Assembly: GCA_044440125.1 (NCBI GenBank)
Contig: JBITAJ010000004.1
Span: 192,001-256,000 of the forward strand
Direction: 5' to 3'
Source of the DNA: Sedimentisphaeraceae bacterium JB056
GTDB lineage: Bacteria > Planctomycetota > Phycisphaerae > Sedimentisphaerales > Sedimentisphaeraceae
Length of the DNA stretch: 64,000 nucleotides
This document shows positions 19,892 to 29,764 of this stretch, piece after piece. Position numbers and translations under genes: made by a program. Within the stretch, counting starts at the first letter, position 1, and every line of letters begins with the position of its first letter. Under the pieces are notes generated by a model. It had not been told where the DNA came from and did not search any database. It saw only the letters and a list, made by a program, of their open reading frames with translations.

Positions 19892-21184
19892 TTAAAACTT
19901 AAGCTTAAAATCAAGCTGAAGACGATCGTAATCTGTCTCTGCATCACCCTTTTCGTTCATGAGATAGGTAACGCCTGTAGTAAAGTTCTTGGCAATCGCA
20001 TAATTAAATGTGAACTTATGCCCTTTGCCGTCAGTACCGCCGCCAATAAAGTCAGAGTCGCTGAATGCACCTACCACTGCATCTGCTTCAAGATCCCTGT
20101 AGTTGTATCCTGCATCCCATGTTCCGGCAGCCTTTGCCTTGCCATACTTAAGACCTACAAGCCAGCCGGTATCTTCCTGTACGCCAGATGCTATATTCTT
20201 TACATAGTCACCATAAACACTTACAGGAGCATCACCTGCCTTGAAATCATAGGCCGCGAATGCTTCAACAAGATTGTAATCATATATATAGCTCTCTGTT
20301 GAATCAGGGTTTGTGACATGAGTATTACCGAAAGCATCTTCCTTATCATAAACAGCCAATTGATCTTCGAGATTACCGTAGTCAAAGTAGCCCATACCGG
20401 CAGTAAGCGTACCATCACCCATAGCTGTTACCACACCAATCTGACCACCGAAAAGACTTTGATCTACATCGCTGCTGTTTTCTTCAACCCACATACCGCC
20501 AAGATTGACGAACATGGAAGAATCCTTGTTAAGGTCGAAATCGAACTGCATCGCACCACCTTCAGGGTTAAGATCTCCATCCCATATAAGCTGATTCTTT
20601 CCTACAGCCATAAAAGGATTGCCCATCTTACCGGCAAGAATGTCAACATTTTTGAAGCCGTGATACTTTAGGTATGCCCTGTCGATCCACAGATCCTTGC
20701 TTGAAAAACCACCGTCAAGCGTCTCATTTGTAGAAACCGGGTCTTCTGAACCAGATGCAACACGCATGCTGAAATCAAGATCGTCATTGACCTTGCCGTC
20801 AATCTTGACGCGTGCCCTGATGCGGTTTCGGTTTCTGTCATCACTCTTGGTATCATCATCTATATACTCATGCCTGTAGCGGAAATCGCCGCCAATCTTG
20901 ATGTTTTCTGCCCATTTAAGGCTGTCCGGCACTTCTGCAACCTGTGTTGATTTCTGAGAGGCAACCTCCGCAATCTGCTTTGAAAGCTCCGCATCCTTTT
21001 CCTCTTGTTTCTTCTCTACTGCATTCAATTGTTCCTTCTGCTGCTTCTCCATAGCTTCTATTCTATCTTGAAGCTGCTGCAGTTGCGCTTTCAACTCACT
21101 GATTTCATCGCCCTTGCTGACGCCGGCAAACAAACCAACCGCTAACAATCCGACAACAAAAATTGACACATACTTTCCATTCAT
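19892..21184 (-). CDS. Putative outer-membrane porin (phosphate regulon)
   Basis: Signal peptide, coiled coil, 'GDFRYRHE..RNRIRAR', 'WDGDLNPEG', terminal 'LDFKLKF' beta-signal; lies upstream of pstS. Confidence 0.85.
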   Translation of the reverse strand: MNGKYVSIFVVGLLAVGLFAGVSKGDEISELKAQLQQLQDRIEAMEKQQKEQLNAVEKKQEEKDAELSKQIAEVASQKSTQVAEVPDSLKWAENIKIGGDFRYRHEYIDDDTKSDDRNRNRIRARVKIDGKVNDDLDFSMRVASGSEDPVSTNETLDGGFSSKDLWIDRAYLKYHGFKNVDILAGKMGNPFMAVGKNQLIWDGDLNPEGGAMQFDFDLNKDSSMFVNLGGMWVEENSSDVDQSLFGGQIGVVTAMGDGTLTAGMGYFDYGNLEDQLAVYDKEDAFGNTHVTNPDSTESYIYDYNLVEAFAAYDFKAGDAPVSVYGDYVKNIASGVQEDTGWLVGLKYGKAKAAGTWDAGYNYRDLEADAVVGAFSDSDFIGGGTDGKGHKFTFNYAIAKNFTTGVTYLMNEKGDAETDYDRLQLDFKLKF

Positions 21185-21265
21185 ATCTAACTCCATGTTA
21201 AAAAATAAGTTATAGAAATAAAACATTCATATCCAATTCGCTTATAATGCGAAGTATATTATGTA

Positions 21266-21305
21266 ATATTAACCAAAAGTGAGGTTAATGTTAGGATTAT
21301 GTTAG
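21266..21305 (-). promoter_or_regulatory. Pho-box-like 11-bp periodic repeats upstream of the porin
   Basis: Minus strand CTAACATAATC-CTAACATTAAC-CTCACTTTTGG-TTAATAT. Confidence 0.55.
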
Positions 21306-21572
21306 CAAAATGATATCAAATAACTTTCATTAAGTTTTCCAACCATTGAACTATGGTTAAATCATCGTTAACAACCAAACAAACCGCAAATATTACGCAA
21401 ATCTACTTCAGAAACCTATCCAGGATTTTACTAAAAAAATTGCAGTCTTCATCAAAAAAAAACTTCATAAGTGATATTTCCTTGCAATGCGTGTTCAATA
21501 ACGGTATAAATTATAAATACGGCATCAGACTGCCGGAATAATTTTGCATAAAACAATTGTTGAGGCGGATTT

Positions 21573-22715
21573 ATGAAAATAATCAAATTCTCTTTTCAGG
21601 ACAATCTCCACCAGTGGCAGCTTGATCCTATAGAATTTAAGGGTTTCAACCTTCTTGTTGGAGTCTCGGGAGTTGGTAAAACACAGATACTCAGCTCGCT
21701 GAGAACAACCGTTGACATAGCAAAAGGACATGAATTCAACGGAATAAGCTGGAGTATATCTTTCAGCACCGACAACGACAAGACATATAAATGGTCTGGC
21801 GAGTTTGAAACCCTCATTAACGAGCAATCCGATGGCTTCGAGGAAGATCTCTACGGCTTATCCAGAAAACCGAAGATCAAAAAAGAAAGACTCGAAAGCA
21901 GCGGCGAAGTGATAATAGACCGAAGGGGCAGTAAAATAACCCTTTGCGACAACACAATTCCCATTCTGTGTCCCCATCAATCAGCTCTTTATCTGCTGCG
22001 TTATGAACCAAGGGTATCACCGGCAAGCCTGGCTTTTGAACAGGTTATTAATTCCGATACCGTAAAAACTGTTCAAAACACCTACCTTTATCACATACAT
22101 ACTGTTACTGATGTGATAAAAAAATTCAACACACTTGAGAAAATACAGGCAACAAAGTTCAACACCCTCGTAAAACTCTCACTGCTTAATCACTGCAGTC
22201 CAGACTTCTTTGAAGAGATAAAAGAAGAGTTTATAGGCATATTCCCACAGGTTGAGGATATTAAGATAGAGACCTCACAGCAGAATTTTGAAGACAAGAC
22301 ACTGATAACACATAACCTTCTGCTCAAGGAAAAAGGTATACGCGGCTGGGTTGATCAGGCAAGAATATCGTCAGGAATGTATAAAACGTTCCTCCAACTG
22401 GCTCAGATGCACCTTTGGCCTCGAAATTCGGTGATAATAGTGGATGAATTTGAAAACAGCCTCGGAATAAACTGTATAGACGCGCTGACTGATGCAATAA
22501 TGAGCCACCCCGGCGATTTGCAGTTTATAATAACCAGCCATCATCCTTATATAATAAACAATATCAGCCCGGACCATTGGAAGGTGGTGCAAAGACGGTT
22601 TGACAGAGTGACTACAAGTGATGCAAAGTCGCTGGGGCTCGGCAAGTCCAATCATGAAGCATTCATCCAACTGATAAACAACGACAAATACATCGATGGA
22701 ATAAGCTCACAATGA
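21573..22715 (+). CDS. ABC-type (AAA_15/AAA_21-like) ATPase
   Basis: Walker A GVSGVGKT, signature ISSGM, Walker B 'IIVDEFENSL', H-loop 'ITSHHP'; no TM partner gene. Confidence 0.88.
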   Translation: MKIIKFSFQDNLHQWQLDPIEFKGFNLLVGVSGVGKTQILSSLRTTVDIAKGHEFNGISWSISFSTDNDKTYKWSGEFETLINEQSDGFEEDLYGLSRKPKIKKERLESSGEVIIDRRGSKITLCDNTIPILCPHQSALYLLRYEPRVSPASLAFEQVINSDTVKTVQNTYLYHIHTVTDVIKKFNTLEKIQATKFNTLVKLSLLNHCSPDFFEEIKEEFIGIFPQVEDIKIETSQQNFEDKTLITHNLLLKEKGIRGWVDQARISSGMYKTFLQLAQMHLWPRNSVIIVDEFENSLGINCIDALTDAIMSHPGDLQFIITSHHPYIINNISPDHWKVVQRRFDRVTTSDAKSLGLGKSNHEAFIQLINNDKYIDGISSQ

Positions 22716-23404
22716 ACCTGTACATATTAGTAGAAGGCAAATGCACAGAATATAAAATATACCCGGCATGGATATCACAGCTTGCACCTCATCTTAAGAG
22801 GGTACAACAATTCGATCAGGCCACAGAAAACTGCTATTATATAGTAAGCGGACACGGACTGCCTTCACTTATCAAGAATCATCTGCCCAATGCGATAAAG
22901 GACGTTGCGATGTGCGGATGCTACGATTATTTGGTTATCGGGCTTGATGCCGAACAGCTCCCCGTACAGCAGCGGCTCAATGAAGTACAGGAAGTAATAG
23001 AGCAGCATTACGATCTGACAAAAGATGTGAAAGTGAAAGTACTCGTACAAAACAGGTGTATTGAGAGCTGGATGCTGGGCAACAGGGACATATTCGTAGA
23101 TAAGCCCAAGAGGAGAAAACTCAAGGAATACGTCAAGTATTATAACGTCAAACACAAAGACCCTGAAAAGATGCCCGGTTTTATCCCAAGACGAAATTAC
23201 CTGCCGCTATTTTCAACGATAGCGCGTTTCCATACCGACTATCTGCAGGAGATTTTTAAAGAACGCAATATGTTCTACGCTAAGCGTAATCCCAAATACG
23301 CTACAAAACCCGAATTCCTCAACGACCTGATAAAACGCACAACAGAAAAACCCGGACAACTGCAGACATTCAAAGACTTCGTAGACTTCTTCAGCTCGTT
23401 ATAA
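22712..23404 (+). CDS. TOPRIM-like protein (DUF4276/RloB/DUF4435-like) coupled to the ATPase
   Basis: 'ILVEGKCTE', 'GLDAE', 'CIESWML'; ATGA overlap with the ATPase gene. Confidence 0.7.
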   Translation: MNLYILVEGKCTEYKIYPAWISQLAPHLKRVQQFDQATENCYYIVSGHGLPSLIKNHLPNAIKDVAMCGCYDYLVIGLDAEQLPVQQRLNEVQEVIEQHYDLTKDVKVKVLVQNRCIESWMLGNRDIFVDKPKRRKLKEYVKYYNVKHKDPEKMPGFIPRRNYLPLFSTIARFHTDYLQEIFKERNMFYAKRNPKYATKPEFLNDLIKRTTEKPGQLQTFKDFVDFFSSL

Positions 23405-23419
23405 AAACGGATTTTATTC

Positions 23420-23447
23420 GTAGGGAACGCTGTCCCCAGCGTTCCGC
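23420..23447 (+). repeat. GTAG-type REP element (copy 1)
   Basis: GTAG-GGAACGCTG-tccc-CAGCGTTCC-gc. Confidence 0.8.
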
Positions 23448-23463
23448 CATTTTTCCTGTAACC

Positions 23464-24627
23464 TTATTTTTCAAACCACCCTCGGCTGCGCAGGCATATT
23501 TTTACAAGCATCAGCATAACCGGCACCTCTATCAACACGCCCACTACTGTTGCCAGTGCCGCCCCGCTCGAAAGCCCAAACAGCATAGTCGCCGTAGCAA
23601 TAGCCACTTCGAAATGGTTGGATGCCCCGATCATAGCAGAAGGCGCAGCATCTTCGTATTTGAGCTTCAATAATTTAGCCGCTATAAAACCGACACCGAA
23701 AATAAGAAATGTCTGTATCAAAAGCGGCACGGCTATCCACAATATTGTAAGCGGATTGCTCAGTATTGTTTCACCCTTGAACGAGAAAAGAAGTATCAGC
23801 GTAATCAGCAACGCAATTATAGTTACAGGCGTAAGAAAATGCAAAAACTTCTCCCTGAACCATTTCTCTCCTTTTGCGTTTATGATCAATTTGCGTGAAA
23901 CAAACCCCATGAAAAGCGGCAGCGCAACATAAATCGATATTGAAAGCAGCAATGCCTGCCACGGCACAGGAAGCTTTCCGATACCAAGCAGCAGGCCTCC
24001 GAGCGGACCATACAAAAACAACATCGCCAGAGAATTAATCGCAACCATCACGAGAGTATGACCATCATTACCTCTGGAAAGATATCCCCATACAAGAACC
24101 ATCGCCGTACAAGGAGCGATGCCAAGTAATATGCAGCCCGCAAGATAGCTTCGCCATAAAGGCACCTCAAGCATCTTCACACCGTTCTCGATCACGACAG
24201 TACCTACGCCATACTCAGCACCGACAGGCAAGTCGAGCCCGAAAGGCATTTTGACAAGATCGACAGCGTCAGCTCCTATCAAGCCGTAGAAAAGCGTACC
24301 AAGGAAGAAGCTCGATATCAGGTACATCGTAAACGGCTTTATAAGCCAGTTGATTACCAGAGTCAACGAAACAGGTTTGAAACTTTTGCCCGCTCTGACT
24401 ACCTCACCAAAATCTATCTTGACCATTATCGGATACATCATAAAAAACAGACATATCGCAATTGGTATTGAGATTACTGGCGCGTTGTTGACATGAATTG
24501 CCATACCATCCAGCTTCAGAGCCAACTGTGGAGCAAGCTTACCGAGCACAATTCCGGCCGTAATGCAGAGAATCACCCAAACGGTAAGATAACGTTCAAA
24601 AACACTTTCCATTCTACGCTGCTGCAT
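23464..24627 (-). CDS. acr3: Arsenite efflux transporter Acr3
   Basis: 'FERYLTVWV', '[11 protein letters not shown]', 'INWLIKPF', 'APCTAMV', '[10 protein letters not shown]', 'LIEVPVML'. Confidence 0.96.
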   Translation of the reverse strand: MQQRRMESVFERYLTVWVILCITAGIVLGKLAPQLALKLDGMAIHVNNAPVISIPIAICLFFMMYPIMVKIDFGEVVRAGKSFKPVSLTLVINWLIKPFTMYLISSFFLGTLFYGLIGADAVDLVKMPFGLDLPVGAEYGVGTVVIENGVKMLEVPLWRSYLAGCILLGIAPCTAMVLVWGYLSRGNDGHTLVMVAINSLAMLFLYGPLGGLLLGIGKLPVPWQALLLSISIYVALPLFMGFVSRKLIINAKGEKWFREKFLHFLTPVTIIALLITLILLFSFKGETILSNPLTILWIAVPLLIQTFLIFGVGFIAAKLLKLKYEDAAPSAMIGASNHFEVAIATATMLFGLSSGAALATVVGVLIEVPVMLMLVKICLRSRGWFEK

Positions 24628-24641
24628 ATTTGTATCTCTCT

Positions 24642-25079
24642 TTATAGTTCTTTAAGTATTTCCGGCATTTTTTCAACGAATGCTTTTATCTGGTCGCGTA
24701 CCTTGCGGTAGCAGTCAAGTTTCGCCTCTTCGTCTTCTAAGTTAGCGGCAAGTTTCGGCGGATCGTCAAATCCGTAATGTACAACCTTCGCCTTTGCCGG
24801 AAACATAGGGCAGGTCTCGTGGGCATGACCGCAAACAGTTACCACATAATCAAAGGTCACATCGTTAAACTCATCAAGCAATTGCGATTTATGAGTGGAG
24901 ATATCAACACCCGCTTCTGCCATCACTTTCACCGCATACGGGTTGAGCCCGTGCGTTTCGATTCCAGCCGAATACACATCAACCACATCGCTCTTCAACG
25001 CCTTAGTCCAGCCTTCAGCCATCTGGCTGCGGCACGAATTACCCGTACACAAAAATAAAACTTTAAGCTTATTATCCAT
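24642..25079 (-). CDS. arsC: Thioredoxin-coupled arsenate reductase (LMW-PTP fold)
   Basis: '[14 protein letters not shown]', '[11 protein letters not shown]', 'FDDP'. Confidence 0.93.
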   Translation of the reverse strand: MDNKLKVLFLCTGNSCRSQMAEGWTKALKSDVVDVYSAGIETHGLNPYAVKVMAEAGVDISTHKSQLLDEFNDVTFDYVVTVCGHAHETCPMFPAKAKVVHYGFDDPPKLAANLEDEEAKLDCYRKVRDQIKAFVEKMPEILKEL

Positions 25080-25081
25080 AA

Positions 25082-25690
25082 TCATTCCTTCACTGCACAT
25101 ATTCCGAAAACAGGGTACACATTATCATTTTTCCTGATTTCGTAAACCATCTTATTCGCTTTGATTTTCAAGCCGTTTCTTTGAAGCTTCTTTTCAATCT
25201 CCTCCGGCTCAAACCCGTTATGAAACACCTCAACATCTTTGTGAAAAGATCCGTCCTCACTGCAGAGATCAGTCAGCACAACACTGCCGCCGTCACACAG
25301 ATAATTACTCAGCACGGCAATCACATCGTCGGTATCTTTTATATGGTGCAACGCCATCGAGCTTACCACAACATCGGCCTTTATATTCAGCGGCTCATCT
25401 TTGCTCAAATCATAATGAACTGTACGGATATTCCTAATCTTGTTAACATCTATCTTCTCGCAAAGTCTGCCGAGCATACCGACCGACGCATCCAGAGCAT
25501 AAACGGTCTTCACTTTTTCCGAAAGCAAAACACTCAAAAGCCCCGTACCGCAGCCAAAATCCACAACATTCATATCTTCTTCAAGACTCACGCTGTTTTG
25601 AATAAAGTTCCATACAGCTTTTGTAAGTTCCCTCCGCATCGGATTATCATCCCACTGCGCAGCCATCGAATCAAAATATTCATTACTCAT
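25082..25690 (-). CDS. Class I SAM-dependent methyltransferase
   Basis: 'VDFGCGTG', 'SSMALHHI'. Confidence 0.88.
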   Translation of the reverse strand: MSNEYFDSMAAQWDDNPMRRELTKAVWNFIQNSVSLEEDMNVVDFGCGTGLLSVLLSEKVKTVYALDASVGMLGRLCEKIDVNKIRNIRTVHYDLSKDEPLNIKADVVVSSMALHHIKDTDDVIAVLSNYLCDGGSVVLTDLCSEDGSFHKDVEVFHNGFEPEEIEKKLQRNGLKIKANKMVYEIRKNDNVYPVFGICAVKE

Positions 25691-25705
25691 ATCATACCTT
25701 CCTCG

Positions 25706-26404
25706 TTAAGGTGCAACATAAATCATGTAAAGACCGGCCAGTAATATCGCAACGCCGCAAATCTTTTTAAGAATAACCGCACCCTTCGATTTCTCATTCC
25801 AATTCATATAACGCTGAACAACCTCAGTAAACGTACCGGCAAGGATTATGACCATGCAATGCCCCACGCCGTAAGCCGTGAGCAAACCGGCGGCATACAA
25901 AGGCCGCTGACTTCCAAGTTTGAATGTTACACCGAGCATCGGTGCCATATACGCAAAAGTGCAAGGACCAAGAGCAATCCCGAATATCAACCCCAGCAGA
26001 AACGCCGCCAACGCACCCCTGCGTTTAATAGCAACATTCGATGTCGCCGAGATATTAACCGGAAGCACATCGAGCAGATAAAGCCCGACAAGAAAAAACA
26101 CGCCCGCAACAATATAATTGCCGCAGCCGCCAATATCCCCCATCATGCGTCCAGCCATCGCGGTAACAGCGCCGATAAACGCAATCGTAATCAATATGCC
26201 TAATGCAAAAAGCGTGGATATTCCGAATGCACGCCTGGCTGTCATTCGGCCCTGCCCATCAATGAACCCCACGATAAGCGGGATGCTCGCCAAATGGCAC
26301 GGGCTCAAAACAACACTCAATATCCCCCAAAGCAGTGATGCCGCTATCGCGACAAACCACGCACCTTCTATGGCATCAGTAAGAGTGGAAAAAATCTGCT
26401 GCAT
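25706..26404 (-). CDS. CcdA/DsbD-type transmembrane thiol-disulfide transporter
   Basis: 'LSPCHLASIP' and 'LGPCTFA' with multiple TM helices. Confidence 0.85.
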   Translation of the reverse strand: MQQIFSTLTDAIEGAWFVAIAASLLWGILSVVLSPCHLASIPLIVGFIDGQGRMTARRAFGISTLFALGILITIAFIGAVTAMAGRMMGDIGGCGNYIVAGVFFLVGLYLLDVLPVNISATSNVAIKRRGALAAFLLGLIFGIALGPCTFAYMAPMLGVTFKLGSQRPLYAAGLLTAYGVGHCMVIILAGTFTEVVQRYMNWNEKSKGAVILKKICGVAILLAGLYMIYVAP

Positions 26405-26889
26405 TATTCACTTTCCTGCACAGGATTCTCAGCCTCACTACCGGATTTAATCGAAATGCCCAGCTCTTCAAACTTTTTCAGAATCTCCTCTTTCGCAAAG
26501 AATCCTTCATGCCTGAACACTTCCTCACCCGCCTTGTCGTAAAATATCTGAGTAGGAATCACTCGCACCCCATACTCGCCCGCCTTATCCTGCTCCTTCC
26601 ATACATCGATAAAATCTATCTGAACCTCTCCGGCATATTCTTCCTTGAGTTCATCAATTATCGGAGCCATCATCTTGCACGGCACGCATTTATCACTGCC
26701 AAGCTCAAGAAGCCTCGGCACCTTCGCAGCCTCTACGGTCTTGACGACCTCAGAGGTCTCGGCAACAACCGCCTGATTGGTCTGGCATTCAGAAGCACAA
26801 CTGCCGCACTTCCTCTTTGCGACTAATATACCGACCACCGCAAACACCAGCAGTCCAACTATCGCATAACGGTAAGCATTCTTATTCAT
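26404..26889 (-). CDS. Membrane-anchored thioredoxin family protein
   Basis: 'CVPCKMM', 'IPTQIF', N-terminal TM segment. Confidence 0.88.
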   Translation of the reverse strand: MNKNAYRYAIVGLLVFAVVGILVAKRKCGSCASECQTNQAVVAETSEVVKTVEAAKVPRLLELGSDKCVPCKMMAPIIDELKEEYAGEVQIDFIDVWKEQDKAGEYGVRVIPTQIFYDKAGEEVFRHEGFFAKEEILKKFEELGISIKSGSEAENPVQESE

Positions 26890-26910
26890 ATTATCACCTG
26901 TATAAATGTA

Positions 26911-27390
26911 TTACTTATGGAATCTCTCATCGGCAACGCCTTTCTGCTCGCCGACCTGCCCCATCCAGCCGCATCGCTCCGTCTCCAAATGGTCGAATTT
27001 GGGCGTATAGGGTTTGATGTCAAGCAGCGGCGTGCCGTCAAGTATATCAAGCTCGCTTATATAAAGCTTACACCCCTCAATCCGGTCAAGCTTGACTGCC
27101 GACATGCCTATGGCATTGGGTCTGGCCGGAGCACGCGTGGAAAACAATCCTCTCGGCTGCGTATCCATGTACGGCGTAACAGTCAGCTTATAACCGCTGC
27201 ACCTGTTGCAATTGAATATCAGCCATATCCTGTCAAAACCGTCAAGATCTTTAAGCCCCTCGGCATACTTTTCTTCAAGCTCAACAACGCCGGAAGTATC
27301 TTTGGCAAACGCCGGTTGTATCGGAGCACCGCCGGCCTGTTTCAAAGAGGTGTGGATTATCCCGATAGGTTCTATCTCTATTTTGTCCAT
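26911..27390 (-). CDS. tsaA: TsaA/TrmO (YaeB) family protein
   Basis: 'PIGIIH', 'GLFSTRAPARPNAIGMS', 'LDGTPLLDIKPY'. Confidence 0.88.
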   Translation of the reverse strand: MDKIEIEPIGIIHTSLKQAGGAPIQPAFAKDTSGVVELEEKYAEGLKDLDGFDRIWLIFNCNRCSGYKLTVTPYMDTQPRGLFSTRAPARPNAIGMSAVKLDRIEGCKLYISELDILDGTPLLDIKPYTPKFDHLETERCGWMGQVGEQKGVADERFHK

Positions 27391-27441
27391 ATTAAAACTC
27401 CTGCCGCCTGTTCAGCGATCAAATCATAGAAAAAAACACTT

Positions 27442-27681
27442 TTATTTGCATTCTTCTATGATAGACCTTATCTTCGCAGAATCAAGAAGCTTTCCTGTAC
27501 TTTTAACTACCCCGTCAACTACCAGTGCCGGAGTCGTCATCACACCCATCTTCATCATTTCAGCAAGATCGGTAACCTTTTCGATATCGCAATCAACTCC
27601 CGCTTCCTGAGCCGCCTGCTTTGCATTATCAAATAGATTACTGCATTTAGCACATCCGGTTCCAAGTATCTGTATTTTCAT
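27442..27681 (-). CDS. Small redox-active disulfide protein (MTH895-like)
   Basis: 'ILGTGCAKC..GVMTTPALVVDG'. Confidence 0.9.
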   Translation of the reverse strand: MKIQILGTGCAKCSNLFDNAKQAAQEAGVDCDIEKVTDLAEMMKMGVMTTPALVVDGVVKSTGKLLDSAKIRSIIEECK

Positions 27682-27724
27682 ATCTTATCCCTTTCTACAA
27701 ACTTAAAAACTTATTACTTAAAAC

Positions 27725-28702
27725 TTAGAACTTAATAAAATTGAACAGCCAGCCGGTAAGCGTAAATAGCACAAGCAGCAGACAGAAGAATATCACCAGC
27801 ATCTTCACTTTCATCACCTGCTTAAGCATTATGAATTCCGGCATACTCGCCGCTACCGTACTCATCATAAACGCCAGCATAGTACCGATAGGCAGCCCCT
27901 TGCTCAAAAGACTCTCCGCCACAGGAATTATCCCCGAAGCATTGGAATACAGCGGAATACCGATAAGCACCGCCGCCGGTACCGACCACCATTGCCCGCT
28001 GCCCAGATTATCGGCTATCACGCTCTCTGGTACATACCCATGCAGACCCGCACCAAGCCCGACACCTATAAGTATCCATTTCCATATTCGCTTGAGTATT
28101 GAAAAGAGTTCTTCTTTGGCGAATGCCTTACGCTCCTTGTGCGTCAATTTCTTTTTCTCCGTCTCCTGCGTCTCAGGTGCATCGGAGTTGGCCGCCATCT
28201 GGCCAAGCCCTGTAAGGAATCGCTCGGCTTTTATCAAATCGAAAAACGCACCGCCTGCGATACCCGCTATAATTCCAACGGCTACATAAGCGATGGTGAA
28301 TTTCACTCCCAAAAGCGAACCGAGAAGAGCAATAGCGACCTCGTTTATCATCGGCGAGGTAATCAGAAACGCCATCGTTGTCCCCACAGGTATACGTGCC
28401 TGAGTGAAACCAAGGAAAAGTGGAATGCTCGAACACGAGCAGAAAGGCGTAACAGCCCCGAATACCGATGCCACAACATAACCGAAAAAACGGCTCTTAC
28501 CTTCAAGGTGATTGCGGACTGCTTCAACATTAAGCGAAGCCCGAAGATAACTTATTATATAGATAAGCACAATCAGCAGCGAAAATATCTTCGTTGTATC
28601 TTCAATAAAGAAATGCAGACTGCTTGCGAAATGACTCTCGACAGATAAGCCAAGCAAATCATAAACTATTTTATCGGCTAATATTGTAAAAATTCTAAGC
28701 AT
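27725..28702 (-). CDS. ArsP/DUF318 family permease
   Basis: 'TPFCSCSSIPLF', 'AFLITSPMINE', 'SMPEF'. Confidence 0.88.
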   Translation of the reverse strand: MLRIFTILADKIVYDLLGLSVESHFASSLHFFIEDTTKIFSLLIVLIYIISYLRASLNVEAVRNHLEGKSRFFGYVVASVFGAVTPFCSCSSIPLFLGFTQARIPVGTTMAFLITSPMINEVAIALLGSLLGVKFTIAYVAVGIIAGIAGGAFFDLIKAERFLTGLGQMAANSDAPETQETEKKKLTHKERKAFAKEELFSILKRIWKWILIGVGLGAGLHGYVPESVIADNLGSGQWWSVPAAVLIGIPLYSNASGIIPVAESLLSKGLPIGTMLAFMMSTVAASMPEFIMLKQVMKVKMLVIFFCLLLVLFTLTGWLFNFIKF

Positions 28703-28742
28703 AATATACTACTTACTGTAAGAGTGAAGAAAGATTAAACCG

Positions 28743-29069
28743 CTACTTCGCCTGAAATATCTCAAACATCTCCTCGAAATCAGCCTTCACGACATCTTCT
28801 ATACACTGAATGAAATTTATAACGCATGGGCATCGCAATTTATAATAGACCTGCAAACCCTTTTTCTCACTTTTGACAATTCCCGCGTTCCGCAGCACCG
28901 AAAGATGCTTGGAAACAGTGGACTGATCAGAACCCACCATATCGCGTATTTCACAAACACATCGTGGGCCCTCACCAAGAAAGTCGACTATCATAAGCCG
29001 CGATGGATGGCCAAGAGCCTTGATAACCTTGGCATTGGCTTCATAAGCTTCTTCATTGTCGTATCTCAT
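28743..29069 (-). CDS. arsR: ArsR/SmtB family repressor
   Basis: 'KALGHPSRL..CVCEI..SDQSTVSKHL..LRCPCV'. Confidence 0.92.
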   Translation of the reverse strand: MRYDNEEAYEANAKVIKALGHPSRLMIVDFLGEGPRCVCEIRDMVGSDQSTVSKHLSVLRNAGIVKSEKKGLQVYYKLRCPCVINFIQCIEDVVKADFEEMFEIFQAK

Positions 29070-29103
29070 GTTTTAATCTCCTGCAATCTCTAATTTATAT
29101 TAC

Positions 29104-29125
29104 TATATGACATTTTAGCCATATA
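29104..29125. promoter_or_regulatory. Candidate ArsR operator
   Basis: Palindrome TATATG-acattttagc-CATATA, 35 bp upstream of the arsR start. Confidence 0.55.
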
Positions 29126-29329
29126 CTTATTAAAAGTCAACGTAAAAATTCGCATACCTCCTATTTTGCCCCAATTTCACTTGCAATTTTCTCTATTTAA
29201 GCTATTTATATTAGAAAGGATTAAGGAATAAGAGGCTTCCGCCATGTCGAGAGCCCTTCTTGCCTTGTGCCAGGTGCCTCGTGCCTTCTTCCAACTACTA
29301 ACTTCTGACTACTGACTGAAAACTTAAAA

Positions 29330-29734
29330 ATGGCAAAAAAAACCAAAAAAACAGCTAAGAAAAGCACAGAAAAGAATCTCTGCGAGGGTTGCGGCGGCAG
29401 GTGTTGCCGATATATCGCATTCCCGATTGACAACCCGGAGACAAAAAAAGAGCATGACGACATCAGGTGGTACCTGTGCCATGAGGGAATCAGCGTATTT
29501 GTGGAGGACGACCAGTGGTATGTCTCGGTCAAAAGTGACTGCCGCCACCTCGACCCCAAGACAAATAAATGCTGTATCTACGGAGAAAGACCCGAAATCT
29601 GCCGCCAGTTCGACCCAACCGGATGTGAATACCGCTCAGAAGAGTATGGCTACCAGCTCCATTTCACGAACGACAAGGAAATGGCAGACTACATAAAAAT
29701 CAAATTCGACAACAACAAAATCCCCAAGAAATAA
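29330..29734 (+). CDS. YkgJ family CxxCxxxCC cysteine-cluster protein
   Basis: 'CEGCGGRCC..CRHLD..CCIYGERPEICR'. Confidence 0.88.
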   Translation: MAKKTKKTAKKSTEKNLCEGCGGRCCRYIAFPIDNPETKKEHDDIRWYLCHEGISVFVEDDQWYVSVKSDCRHLDPKTNKCCIYGERPEICRQFDPTGCEYRSEEYGYQLHFTNDKEMADYIKIKFDNNKIPKK

Positions 29735-29764
29735 GCAGTACAGACGCTTTTCGCAGGATACTAT

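Noticed and set aside
25082..25690. Calling the methyltransferase ArsM
   Set aside because: It is short, and I could not recognise the ArsM cysteine arrangement.
29221..29559. 112-aa minus-strand ORF
   Set aside because: It is antisense to the YkgJ gene and runs into heptamer repeats, so it is likely spurious.
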